IMG/VR virus record: IMGVR_UViG_3300045005_000056
Span: 1 to 53,736 of that record
DNA: 53,736 nt
DNA from: a virus
Lineage: Duplodnaviria > Caudoviricetes
Direction: 5' to 3' (one strand)
The position numbers were made by a program, and so were the translations under genes. Numbering within the stretch: the stretch's first letter is position 1; every line of letters begins with the position of its first letter. This document shows, one piece after another, positions 10,601 through 17,508 of the stretch. The notes under the pieces were generated by a model. It was not told where the DNA came from and did no database searches. It saw nothing but the letters and a program-made list of their open reading frames with translations.

Positions 10601-11141
10601 GGCCGCGCGCGCGCAGCAAGCAGGCGACCTCATCCTCGAAGACGCCACGTTTGGTCATCCGCTCGTAGTTGGTGCGAGCAGCACGAAGCCGCTCGTCGAG
10701 CGACTTCACGCGGCCTCGAGCGGCAACCCAAGCGGCTCCGCACTGGCGCTCGACGCGACCACGATCAAGGCGCAGCGCGGACCACTTCACGTGCTCCGCC
10801 TCGGAGCGGCCGCGCAGATGAACGCCGTGTGCGCGGAGACGATCGGTCATGGTTGGTCGCGAGACGTCGAGTTCATCCGCGAGCTGTTTGATCGAGATGC
10901 CGGCCTCGTATCGCTGGACGAGATCGTCGATGTTCGGGAGTTCGATTTTCTTGGGCATGTGTTCGACTTTGAGTCGGAAACCGGCCTCATTGTCGCATCC
11001 GGCATCGTGACGAGCAACTGTCGGTGCAGAAAAGTTAGCCGTTCCGACCGAGACGTCGAGCGGCTCGGCCTCACCATCAGTGATGGCTCAAGCTTGACGG
11101 GCCTACCTGATCCGGGATGGGATGGCGGCGCGCTCGGTTGA
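7644..11141 (+). CDS. Mu gp29-like (DUF935) portal fused to MuF/gp30-like minor head protein, containing an intein
   Basis: N-half DPHL.GVL.KR, EIFGLP, MSKLVLGQT.T (portal); C-half RAFTVAG, VETIFRN, D.RRRPTH...HGKVL..DDPFW...PLPWGHN/CRC (MuF); no stop between. Confidence 0.88.
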   Translation: MASSVIDLTGLDSAALRKTFFSQKLPRAEQYRTYFGRMLDQGRIENALRQADLGLMVDLCDLESEALSLDPHLSGVLGKRIGSIKTLDWSIVPASGPGIDKRLAAEIANEQTNAYKAIPNFMERLYDLEWAIYDGRAAQEIHWAVFAGRVRWRPVALSWLHPRRLSFGSERELRVIDTFKRIGNFQDLGFPIRDYPGKFLWWQPRMWREYPEREGIAPRTLYWTFFKRFDWRMRMALTEIFGLPWRIVETDKDAPINSEQLDAAEIAAEKLGQESTAAFGPGQSVKIVTGGEHGGDLMKMTSDDVDLQMSKLVLGQTGTTDATGNRAESIVMKSEQDILLQSDAAGISCRIHHQLDIPFVALNWGESALDHAGTFTLNAQPQRDRKTELERVEKVLSFGVPVPLVEVREIAGFRAPEPDEPYLVSKPGGTDALGNPLPQSVSIVDPEAGELEAEGLDGQADRAAEELAALARMPLVLEHYGRARAAHDKIIEASGITLPFGKWEDFDSCVADHVSRGHSEDSARRICGAIQEKVEGIVRRAEELSRTERALPMTLAAAPPMRAPGSIHGAPSAILERELGAAEEAIRKLADRFVDAVPTGESSAPRIRRAIDRAFDKLPLDELVDSLERTVMRSAMLGALDSEWEARADDEDEKDKAIAPATYSRVERRFTLAVDPLIDSFVTKPFSAAVDTFIEKKIVTPDVFERLSAAARRRAFTVAGMTSQSMLEQVHFELAKSIGTGGDLRDFRATLSERLRDSGWLRPGPREEAPTRTGSPWHVETIFRNATAGSYASGRDAHMRQPAVIAKRPYWQVLTVSDDRRRPTHGRAHGKVLRHDDPFWTRAPLPWGHNCFLPTERIEGRIIGASRALYSGKAIEITTRKGRRLSVTAKHPVLTAQGFAIAQSLREGMQLVCDAFESRGSSLRLGAQHNEYQQPTVAQDVFGAFVKSEPIASTQPGSDDFHGEAECFHGHVEIVGSYRQLLLNDVAARAQQAGDLILEDATFGHPLVVGASSTKPLVERLHAASSGNPSGSALALDATTIKAQRGPLHVLRLGAAAQMNAVCAETIGHGWSRDVEFIRELFDRDAGLVSLDEIVDVREFDFLGHVFDFESETGLIVASGIVTSNCRCRKVSRSDRDVERLGLTISDGSSLTGLPDPGWDGGALG
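10194..11018 (+). mobile_element. Intein (275 aa) inserted in the MuF HNCRC motif
   Basis: Starts CFLPTERI (block A); LSVTAKHPVLT (block B TxxH); ends GHVFDFESETGLIVASGIVTSN followed by Cys+1; excision restores WGHN-CRC. Confidence 0.92.
10239..10958 (-). CDS. HTH + DUF559/Vsr-like PD-(D/E)XK endonuclease encoded antisense inside the intein
   Basis: YEAGISIKQLADELDVSRPTMTDRLRAHGV (HTH); FEDEVACLLRARG...QQQLPVGPYNLDV....LAVEV...RTEYILRDGWLLVFV (DUF559-like). Confidence 0.8.
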   Translation of the reverse strand: MPKKIELPNIDDLVQRYEAGISIKQLADELDVSRPTMTDRLRAHGVHLRGRSEAEHVKWSALRLDRGRVERQCGAAWVAARGRVKSLDERLRAARTNYERMTKRGVFEDEVACLLRARGHVVQQQLPVGPYNLDVSVKALRLAVEVVATGLGRRNWLRLHERTEYILRDGWLLVFVVLRTKPQRRTPGLEGIADELHAFAERLRNGEPLRGQYGVLGRDGKSTTFARRYLDGLPRVERA

Positions 11142-11174
11142 CGAGTAACATCCGAGCGAAGGAGCACAAGCCGC

Positions 11175-11468
11175 ATGCCACTGCCATCGATCGCCCATTC
11201 GTCAACGTCGGGTCAACGCCAATCGCTTCGAGGTCTTGCCGGCGCGTTTCAGTCCGGCATTGCCACGCTCGCCGGCGGCACGATCACGGTTACCGGCGTG
11301 CGGCTCACAACTTCGAGTCGCATCATGTTCGGTCGCAACACGCCCGGCGGCATGCTCGGCGAGTTGAGCGCGCCGGCAGCTTCGCGCAATGCTGGCGCCG
11401 GCTCGTTCGTGATCAACAGCGCGAACGCCGGCGACACGAGCACGGTCGACTGGCTCATCGTGGGCTGA
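11175..11468 (+). CDS. Small virion/decoration-like protein
   Basis: AAGGAG SD; GIATLAGGTITV...SFVINS....DTSTVDWLI beta domain. Confidence 0.75.
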   Translation: MPLPSIAHSSTSGQRQSLRGLAGAFQSGIATLAGGTITVTGVRLTTSSRIMFGRNTPGGMLGELSAPAASRNAGAGSFVINSANAGDTSTVDWLIVG

Positions 11469-11470
11469 CG

Positions 11471-12838
11471 ATGGGCACCGCCTTCTCGCAACAGACCATT
11501 CGTCTCGCCGGCATCAAGCTCGGCGTCGAAAGCGCGACCGACGCGCCGACGTGGATTCAAGTCGCCGAAGAGGGACGCTTCGACGGACACCCTGCCGGAC
11601 CTTTCGAGTTCAATGCGGATGTCTTCGACAAGCTCATCGAGAACTTCCGCAAGCATCCGGCGTACGGCGTAGGCGCAGACGGGCGCGGCAATCAACGCGT
11701 CATCGCGTTCGATTTCCACCACGCGAGCGAGAGCGAGCCGACGTCTGTCGCCGTGATGGGCGCGCCGGCCGCAGCATGGGCGCTAGAGCTGGAGAAGCGG
11801 CAAGGCGCCGACGGCAAATGGCAGTTGTGGGCGCTGACCGACTACCTCGAACCAGCGCGCACGTACATCCGCGAGGGAAAGTATCGCTGGACGTCCGTGG
11901 CCGTTTGGCCCGACGCTGTCGATCCGAAGACAGGCCAGTCAATTGGCTGGTATATGTCCAGCATCGCCTTCACGAACGACCCGTTTATTCAGGGCATGTG
12001 CCCGATCGCAGCAAACCGAACATCCGCCGCACAGCCGGCGACAAAGGAAAACGACATGGGTGCAGACGAGAAGAAGATTCACAAGCTCGTCGTGCTTCTC
12101 GCCGGCCGGTTCGGGATTCCGGCGGATGACGAAGCCGTCGAAAAACGATTGCTCGCCGAGATGGCGGGCGCTGATCAAGCGGTCGCGACGCTCAAAGCGA
12201 TCTTGGGCGCGATCGGCGTGCAAGACGCCGAAGCCGCAGTGAAGCGCGTCGCCGACATGATGCGCGCATCGAAGCAGCTCGAAGAAGCGATGCCGCAGCT
12301 CGCAGCGCTCGCCGAGATGCAGGTCGGCGAGGAAGAGAAGAAAGCCGAAGAGGAAGTGCAGGCGGCGATGCAAGCGCATCGCATGCCCGACGTCGCGAAA
12401 GCAGCGCTCCTGCACTTGCGTCGTGGCGGCGTCGCCCTCGACCACAAGCTCGCGGCGAGCAACCCCGAAGCGTTCCGCTCGGCGTGGCAAGCGCGGCAGA
12501 AGGCACGCGAGACGTTCGCGAAAGAGTATCCGACGATCGACGCGAGCAAGGTCTACTTGACGCGCTCGCTCGCGACGACACCCGATGACGGCGTCGTGTC
12601 GCCAGTGTTGCGGTCGATTCGCGGCGGCGCCGATGGCGGCGTGTCGCTGTCTCGCGAGAGCAAGCCGGGCGCAGCGAAGACCAGCGCGATCACCGAGCTC
12701 GACCAGTACGCTGGCCGAAACACCATCGAGAAAGCCATGTCGTTCATCCGCGCCGAGCGCGGCGGTGACCGCATGAGCCTCGAACAGCTGCACGAACAAG
12801 CTTGCAAGCTCGTGCGCGGCATGAAGACCGCCGGCTGA
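11471..12838 (+). CDS. Mu gpI-like prohead protease with C-terminal scaffold
   Basis: WIQVA..G.F.GH..GPF, FDFHH, AAAW, YRWTS, AFTNDPF; helical C-terminal half. Confidence 0.85.
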   Translation: MGTAFSQQTIRLAGIKLGVESATDAPTWIQVAEEGRFDGHPAGPFEFNADVFDKLIENFRKHPAYGVGADGRGNQRVIAFDFHHASESEPTSVAVMGAPAAAWALELEKRQGADGKWQLWALTDYLEPARTYIREGKYRWTSVAVWPDAVDPKTGQSIGWYMSSIAFTNDPFIQGMCPIAANRTSAAQPATKENDMGADEKKIHKLVVLLAGRFGIPADDEAVEKRLLAEMAGADQAVATLKAILGAIGVQDAEAAVKRVADMMRASKQLEEAMPQLAALAEMQVGEEEKKAEEEVQAAMQAHRMPDVAKAALLHLRRGGVALDHKLAASNPEAFRSAWQARQKARETFAKEYPTIDASKVYLTRSLATTPDDGVVSPVLRSIRGGADGGVSLSRESKPGAAKTSAITELDQYAGRNTIEKAMSFIRAERGGDRMSLEQLHEQACKLVRGMKTAG

Positions 12839-12879
12839 TCGGCGAACCACCGACCAAAGGACGATAAGGAGAACCGAAG

Positions 12880-13275
12880 ATGCCAGGCGAACCGATTGCA
12901 ATCAGCTCCGAGTCACCGCTTCGGAGCAAGCGAAACAGCACGGGCGCGACGCTCATCCGCGGACGAGCAGTCATGCCCGCGGCGACCGAAGACGACGTGC
13001 AGCTGCCCACCGCCTCGACGGATCTGCTGATGGGTGTCGTGAAGGATGGCGACATCCTGAATGGTGCATTCGGCACCATTCAGATCCGCGGCGTGGCGCT
13101 CTGCCGAGCCGCCGGCGCGCTCGCAACGCCGGGCATCGCCGTGATGGCCAACGCTGCCGGTCGCGTGGTAGCACACGCGAACGGGAACGCCCTGCTCGGC
13201 TTCCTGCTCAACACCGCAACCGCGCTCGACGATCTTGTCGAAGTCGAGTTGGCCGGACCAGGAAGCTTCCGCTGA
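12880..13275 (+). CDS. Capsid cement/decoration protein (DUF2190-like)
   Basis: 131 aa, Gly/Ala-rich, ends ALDDLVEVEL; between protease and capsid. Confidence 0.75.
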   Translation: MPGEPIAISSESPLRSKRNSTGATLIRGRAVMPAATEDDVQLPTASTDLLMGVVKDGDILNGAFGTIQIRGVALCRAAGALATPGIAVMANAAGRVVAHANGNALLGFLLNTATALDDLVEVELAGPGSFR

Positions 13276-13285
13276 TCGAGGAGGA

Positions 13286-14341
13286 ATGAAAATGGAACAG
13301 CTTCAAGTCAAGCTCGCAGAAAACAGCCCCCTCGGTCGGCAGGGTCAGCTCGTGACGTTGTCGCTCACGCCAACGGACGTGAACATCCCGGAGGAGTTGC
13401 CGAGCTACCTCGCCGGCTACAAGCCAAACGGCTTCCGCGCCGACGAGGTGTCGAACGTCGTGCTCGTCGACAAGGACTCCGGGTTCCGCCGCGACTTCTC
13501 GTCGAACGATGCGTTTCGGCGCGTCGACGTGAAGGGCTCGATCGACGGCGCAATCCCCGAGGTCGATCCGCAGAGCGCGACGACTCAATACACAGTCGTC
13601 GACCGCTTCATCGGATCGTTCATCAACGACATCACGCAGGGCAACGCCGTCTACGACGTGCAGCAACGCGCGATGCGGCGATGCTCATGGGCCGTGGCGC
13701 TCGATCGCGAGATCGACGTCTGGACGCTCATGACGACGCTCGGCAACTGGGCAGCGGCGAATCGCGTCACGCTGGGCGCGAGCTTCCAGTGGGGCGGGCC
13801 TTCCGGTGCCGGCGCGAACAGCGATCCGATCGCCGACCTGCACGCGCGCATCGAAGCGAGCTTGCAGGAGGTTACCGATATCTGGATGAACCAGGCTGTC
13901 GCCAACGCGTTCTTGCGACACCCGCTCGTGCGCGACCACATGCGGCAGATGAACGGCGACCAAGCAGCCGACGCTGCCGTCGGCATGGTGAAGGAGGCGA
14001 GCTCGAAGAACGTCGACTTCAAGATCATTGGTTTGCCGCCGATCCACGTGTCGGCCGCGAAGGTCCGCAATGAGGCGACTGCCGCGCATGACTACGTTCT
14101 GAACGATACGTGCGTGCTCGTCACGGTGCCGCCAGGCGGCGCGCCTCGCGACGGAGAAGAGATCGCGACGACCTACACGTTCCGCCGGCGCGGCGGCGCT
14201 GGCGTCGGCTTCGAGACGCGCGAATACCGCGTCGATAACCGCGGCCCGAAAGGCGGCACGATGGTCGTCGTGTCGATGGCCGACATCGCACAGATGGTCG
14301 CGAACAACGTCGGCGGCGCGATCTTCGACGTGCTCCAGTGA
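13286..14341 (+). CDS. Major capsid protein
   Basis: Strong GAGGAGG SD, ~350 aa, position, W.....SDPIADL motif. Confidence 0.85.
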   Translation: MKMEQLQVKLAENSPLGRQGQLVTLSLTPTDVNIPEELPSYLAGYKPNGFRADEVSNVVLVDKDSGFRRDFSSNDAFRRVDVKGSIDGAIPEVDPQSATTQYTVVDRFIGSFINDITQGNAVYDVQQRAMRRCSWAVALDREIDVWTLMTTLGNWAAANRVTLGASFQWGGPSGAGANSDPIADLHARIEASLQEVTDIWMNQAVANAFLRHPLVRDHMRQMNGDQAADAAVGMVKEASSKNVDFKIIGLPPIHVSAAKVRNEATAAHDYVLNDTCVLVTVPPGGAPRDGEEIATTYTFRRRGGAGVGFETREYRVDNRGPKGGTMVVVSMADIAQMVANNVGGAIFDVLQ

Positions 14342-14361
14342 CACGTGCGCTGGAGCACGCA

Positions 14362-14400
14362 GTCAGGCCGCGTCGTTAATTGGTGGCGCCGCGGCTTGAC
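14362..14400 (+). terminator. GC-rich hairpin after the capsid gene (terminator or stabiliser)
   Basis: GTCAGGCCGCG...CGCGGCTTGAC stem; no U-tract. Confidence 0.45.
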
Positions 14401-14423
14401 ATCTTGACGAGAGGCGGATCGAC

Positions 14424-14684
14424 ATGGCGAAGGCAAGACGAATGAACGAGTCGGAGCGCGGCGAGGCAGAGGCGGCCGCTTCTACCGACGCCGATATGCC
14501 GGCGCGCGTAGGTGCTAGCTACGTCCACACCGGCGGCTGGCGCGTCGTGTCGCCGATCCAATACCTGTCGACGAGTACTGGCGCCGGACGACGTGCCGAG
14601 CTTGGCGAGGTCATCAGCGACATCCACGAAGACGACGCGAAGAAACTCTTCGCGCGCGGAGACGTCGAGCCTGAGCTAGCCTAG
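14424..14684 (+). CDS. Hypothetical head-associated protein
   Basis: GAGG SD; GEVI.DI.EDDAKKL.A.G.VEP motif. Confidence 0.65.
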   Translation: MAKARRMNESERGEAEAAASTDADMPARVGASYVHTGGWRVVSPIQYLSTSTGAGRRAELGEVISDIHEDDAKKLFARGDVEPELA

Positions 14685-14689
14685 AGCGC

Positions 14690-15163
14690 ATGACGGCGCT
14701 CTTCACGCAGGTCGACCTCGAGCGGCGCATCGGCCCGCAAACGCTCGCGCAGTACACAGACGACAACCGCGACAAGATCGCCGATGCGTCGATCGTGACG
14801 GAGATCCTCGAAGAGGCCTCCGACATCTGCCGCGGCATCTTGCGCGGCTCGTTCAGCGATGCGCAGATCGCGACGCTTGCTGCAAACGACTTCGCCGTGC
14901 GCGGCGCGCTCTGTGATATCGGCGCCGACTTGAGCGCGCGTCGCCGGCCGGCACTGCTGAGCGCAGACGGCTCGACGCCGTACACGACGTGGCGCCGAAA
15001 CGCTGAGCAGACGCTCGAACGGATCGCCAAGCTGCAACGCCGCGCAGCCGGTGAGACGCTGGCCGGCGTCAACCGCAATATCCGCGCGCGCCCAAACCGC
15101 GATCCGTATCCGGCAATCTTCGTCGGCACGAAGGCGAACCCTCGTGGGCCAGGCGGCTTCTAG
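14690..15163 (+). CDS. Mu gp36-like head-tail adaptor (DUF1320)
   Basis: FTQVDLERRIG..TLAQYTDD; position. Confidence 0.8.
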   Translation: MTALFTQVDLERRIGPQTLAQYTDDNRDKIADASIVTEILEEASDICRGILRGSFSDAQIATLAANDFAVRGALCDIGADLSARRRPALLSADGSTPYTTWRRNAEQTLERIAKLQRRAAGETLAGVNRNIRARPNRDPYPAIFVGTKANPRGPGGF

Positions 15164-15166
15164 GCC

Positions 15167-15586
15167 ATGTCGATCGCCGTCACGGTCGACACGCGCGACG
15201 TCGAGCGGCTGCTAGCGGACTTCCACGAGCGCGGCGAAGACCTGTCACCAATCATGGCCGAGGTCGCCGAGATGCTCGTCGCTGGCATCGAAGACGAGTT
15301 CCAGACGCAAGGCCGCGGGAACTGGGCTCCGCTCGCCGCGTCGACGCTTCGTTCGCGCCGAGGGTCCAGCGCGATGATTTTGCAGGACACCGGCCGGCTT
15401 GCCGGTTCGATTCAGCCGCGTAGCGGACCAGACTTTGCCGAAGCCGGCAGCGATGTCGCGTATGGGAAGTTTCACATTACTGGCACGCGACATATGCCGG
15501 CGCGAAACTTCCTCGACATCGACGAGCAGGTGTTCGATGAGGCCGAGATGGCTATCCTCGACTACATGACGGAGGCGCTGAAGTGA
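15167..15586 (+). CDS. Mu gpG-like virion morphogenesis / tail completion protein
   Basis: WAPLAASTL, ILQDTGRLAGSI, YGKFH..GT..MPARNFL. Confidence 0.88.
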   Translation: MSIAVTVDTRDVERLLADFHERGEDLSPIMAEVAEMLVAGIEDEFQTQGRGNWAPLAASTLRSRRGSSAMILQDTGRLAGSIQPRSGPDFAEAGSDVAYGKFHITGTRHMPARNFLDIDEQVFDEAEMAILDYMTEALK

Positions 15587-16548
15587 TCGGGCAGACGACG
15601 CGCGTGGCAAGGGCCATTCTTGAGGCGCTACGGCCCCTACTAGGCTCCGCTGCGACCGGGCGCCTAACGGTCAAGGCCACGGGCGCCGACGTCACGCTGC
15701 GCTGCGGAAGCTTCGCAAACATCGTCGCGGAGAGCCCCGCCACCGGGCTGCTCGAAGTACGGCGCGACGTAATCCTGCGCACGCGGCGCGACGTCATCGC
15801 GAACACGGTCGGCGTGCCGGTCGACGTGATCAGCCTCGGCGGCGGGCAGTTGATGAACCAGGCTGCGGCGACCGCGGTCATTTGGGATCCGCCGCTGACT
15901 GGCATCGAGACGACGAGCGTCGTGGCGGCAGGCGGGCTCACCGGGGGCGCGGACTCCGTCGGGCTCGGCAGCGTGAAGCAAGTAGTGTGGTACGAGACGA
16001 TCGGCGGCGCCAGCGTCGCACGCGACCTGTTTGCGGCTTCCGTTGCCGGAGATACGCCAGCCGTCGTGCTCGGATGGGACAGTTCGCAGGAGGTCGAGCG
16101 CATGGGACGCGGGCGCGGCGCGTACGTCGACTCGTGGACGGTCTACGTCGTCACGAGCCGCGGCGAAGGCTCGCACGACCGCCGCGACGAAGGCCTTGCG
16201 ATCGTCGACGCCGTGCGCAGCTACCTCGTCGACCTGGGTGCGGTCGGCGGCTTCAACCTGTCGGACCCGCCGATCAAAGTTGGCGTCGCCACGCGCCTGG
16301 CGATTGCACCGACGAGCTACGTGTACGCGCTGAAGATCCAGACGTTCGTCGGCCTCGAGAAGGCACCGCGCTTCGTCGACCCGGCAGCGCTCGTGTTCGG
16401 CGACGAAGGCATCGCGTTCGCCGAATGGGTGCGCACGCGCATCGACCTCGACACCGCCACCATCCCGCCCTTCCCCGTGGTGGACGGAAACGTGGTAGGG
16501 ATGTTTCTCGACGGCTTCGACGACGGCTTCGACGAAGGGTTCGCATGA
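15583..16548 (+). CDS. Neck/tail terminator-like protein with inserted beta domain
   Basis: Position of Mu gp37; PAVVL and WTVYVV segments; C-terminal FDDGFDEGF. Confidence 0.55.
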   Translation: MIGQTTRVARAILEALRPLLGSAATGRLTVKATGADVTLRCGSFANIVAESPATGLLEVRRDVILRTRRDVIANTVGVPVDVISLGGGQLMNQAAATAVIWDPPLTGIETTSVVAAGGLTGGADSVGLGSVKQVVWYETIGGASVARDLFAASVAGDTPAVVLGWDSSQEVERMGRGRGAYVDSWTVYVVTSRGEGSHDRRDEGLAIVDAVRSYLVDLGAVGGFNLSDPPIKVGVATRLAIAPTSYVYALKIQTFVGLEKAPRFVDPAALVFGDEGIAFAEWVRTRIDLDTATIPPFPVVDGNVVGMFLDGFDDGFDEGFA

Positions 16549-16635
16549 TTCAGCGGCGACGATTGCTCGGCGATTGGGTCCACTTGTGGATGGGCACGTG
16601 GCATCGCGGCGTCATTCAGTTGTGGCAGGTGACAG

Positions 16636-17157
16636 ATGGCTGAGACAGAGCGCGACTTCGCGACGCTGCAAGCGCAGCTTGCCGACAACACGACGAAGGC
16701 GATCACGCCGTTGCGGCTACGCGACCTGATGGTCAGCGCGCTCGGCGGATTCTCGTCCCTGTACGTCGACGGCGGCTCGGCCGCACAAGCACTGACCGGC
16801 ACGTTTTCGAAGCTCACACCGTTCGACACCGGCGGTCCAAGCCGCGGCGCGACCGCCGACACGACGAACGACGAGCTGACGATCAACACGGCCGGTCAGT
16901 ATTTCGTGACGCTCGACCTGGCGCTCGATGCAACCGTGCAGACCGACATCGATGTCGAGCTGCGCGCCGACGCAGTCAAGATCGTCGGCAGCGGCACGAA
17001 GCGCACCATCGCAATGGCGCCGGCCATCAGTGCCTTGAGCATCGCCGGCATCTTCACGCTCGCCGCAGGGCAGAAAATAAGCGTGTACGGCAAGGTCAAT
17101 CCGAATGCGTCCGTGACGATCCGGCATGGTCGATTCGTCGCGAAGCGCGTAGGCTGA
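16636..17157 (+). CDS. Collar/neck appendage protein with C1q/TNF-like beta domain
   Basis: LADNTTKAITP..LRD N-terminus; LTINTAGQYFV, LAAGQKISVY. Confidence 0.65.
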   Translation: MAETERDFATLQAQLADNTTKAITPLRLRDLMVSALGGFSSLYVDGGSAAQALTGTFSKLTPFDTGGPSRGATADTTNDELTINTAGQYFVTLDLALDATVQTDIDVELRADAVKIVGSGTKRTIAMAPAISALSIAGIFTLAAGQKISVYGKVNPNASVTIRHGRFVAKRVG

Positions 17158-17162
17158 ACGCG

Positions 17163-17492
17163 ATGAGCATCGACACGAGCAACTTCGGCCGCTATCTGTC
17201 GCCAACCGGCAACGGCTATGCGACGCGGTTCGGCGCTGGCTGGGAAATCATCGGCGCGATCCGCGACCCGAAGACGGGACGCATCGCGCGTGTCGATACG
17301 AGCATGGTCGTCGCGCTGACGCACGACGAGACGCGCACGTTCCGGCGTGAGTACGATCGGCAACTGCGCGACGGCGCGCTCATCGAGCGCACGCTCGAGG
17401 ACTACCTGGCCTACGTAGCGTCGCAATCGCAGCCGGCCCCGCCGGCACCGGCATCGGACGAGAAGAAGGACCGGCCGCGCAAGTCGGCCTGA
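17163..17492 (+). CDS. Hypothetical protein preceding sheath
   Basis: EYDRQLRDGALIE resembles Mu gp38-type YxRxLxDGDL motif. Confidence 0.6.
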   Translation: MSIDTSNFGRYLSPTGNGYATRFGAGWEIIGAIRDPKTGRIARVDTSMVVALTHDETRTFRREYDRQLRDGALIERTLEDYLAYVASQSQPAPPAPASDEKKDRPRKSA

Positions 17493-17508
17493 AAGCAGGA
17501 GCTAGGAC

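Noticed and set aside
11117-11470. N-terminal extension of the protease ORF
   Set aside because: Overlaps the better-supported 11175-11468 gene; real start is likely ATG 11471.
11939-12901. 320-aa minus-strand ORF (also 21470-22426, 34332-35207, 52527-53330)
   Set aside because: Typical stop-poor antisense frames of high-GC genes; no recognisable motifs.
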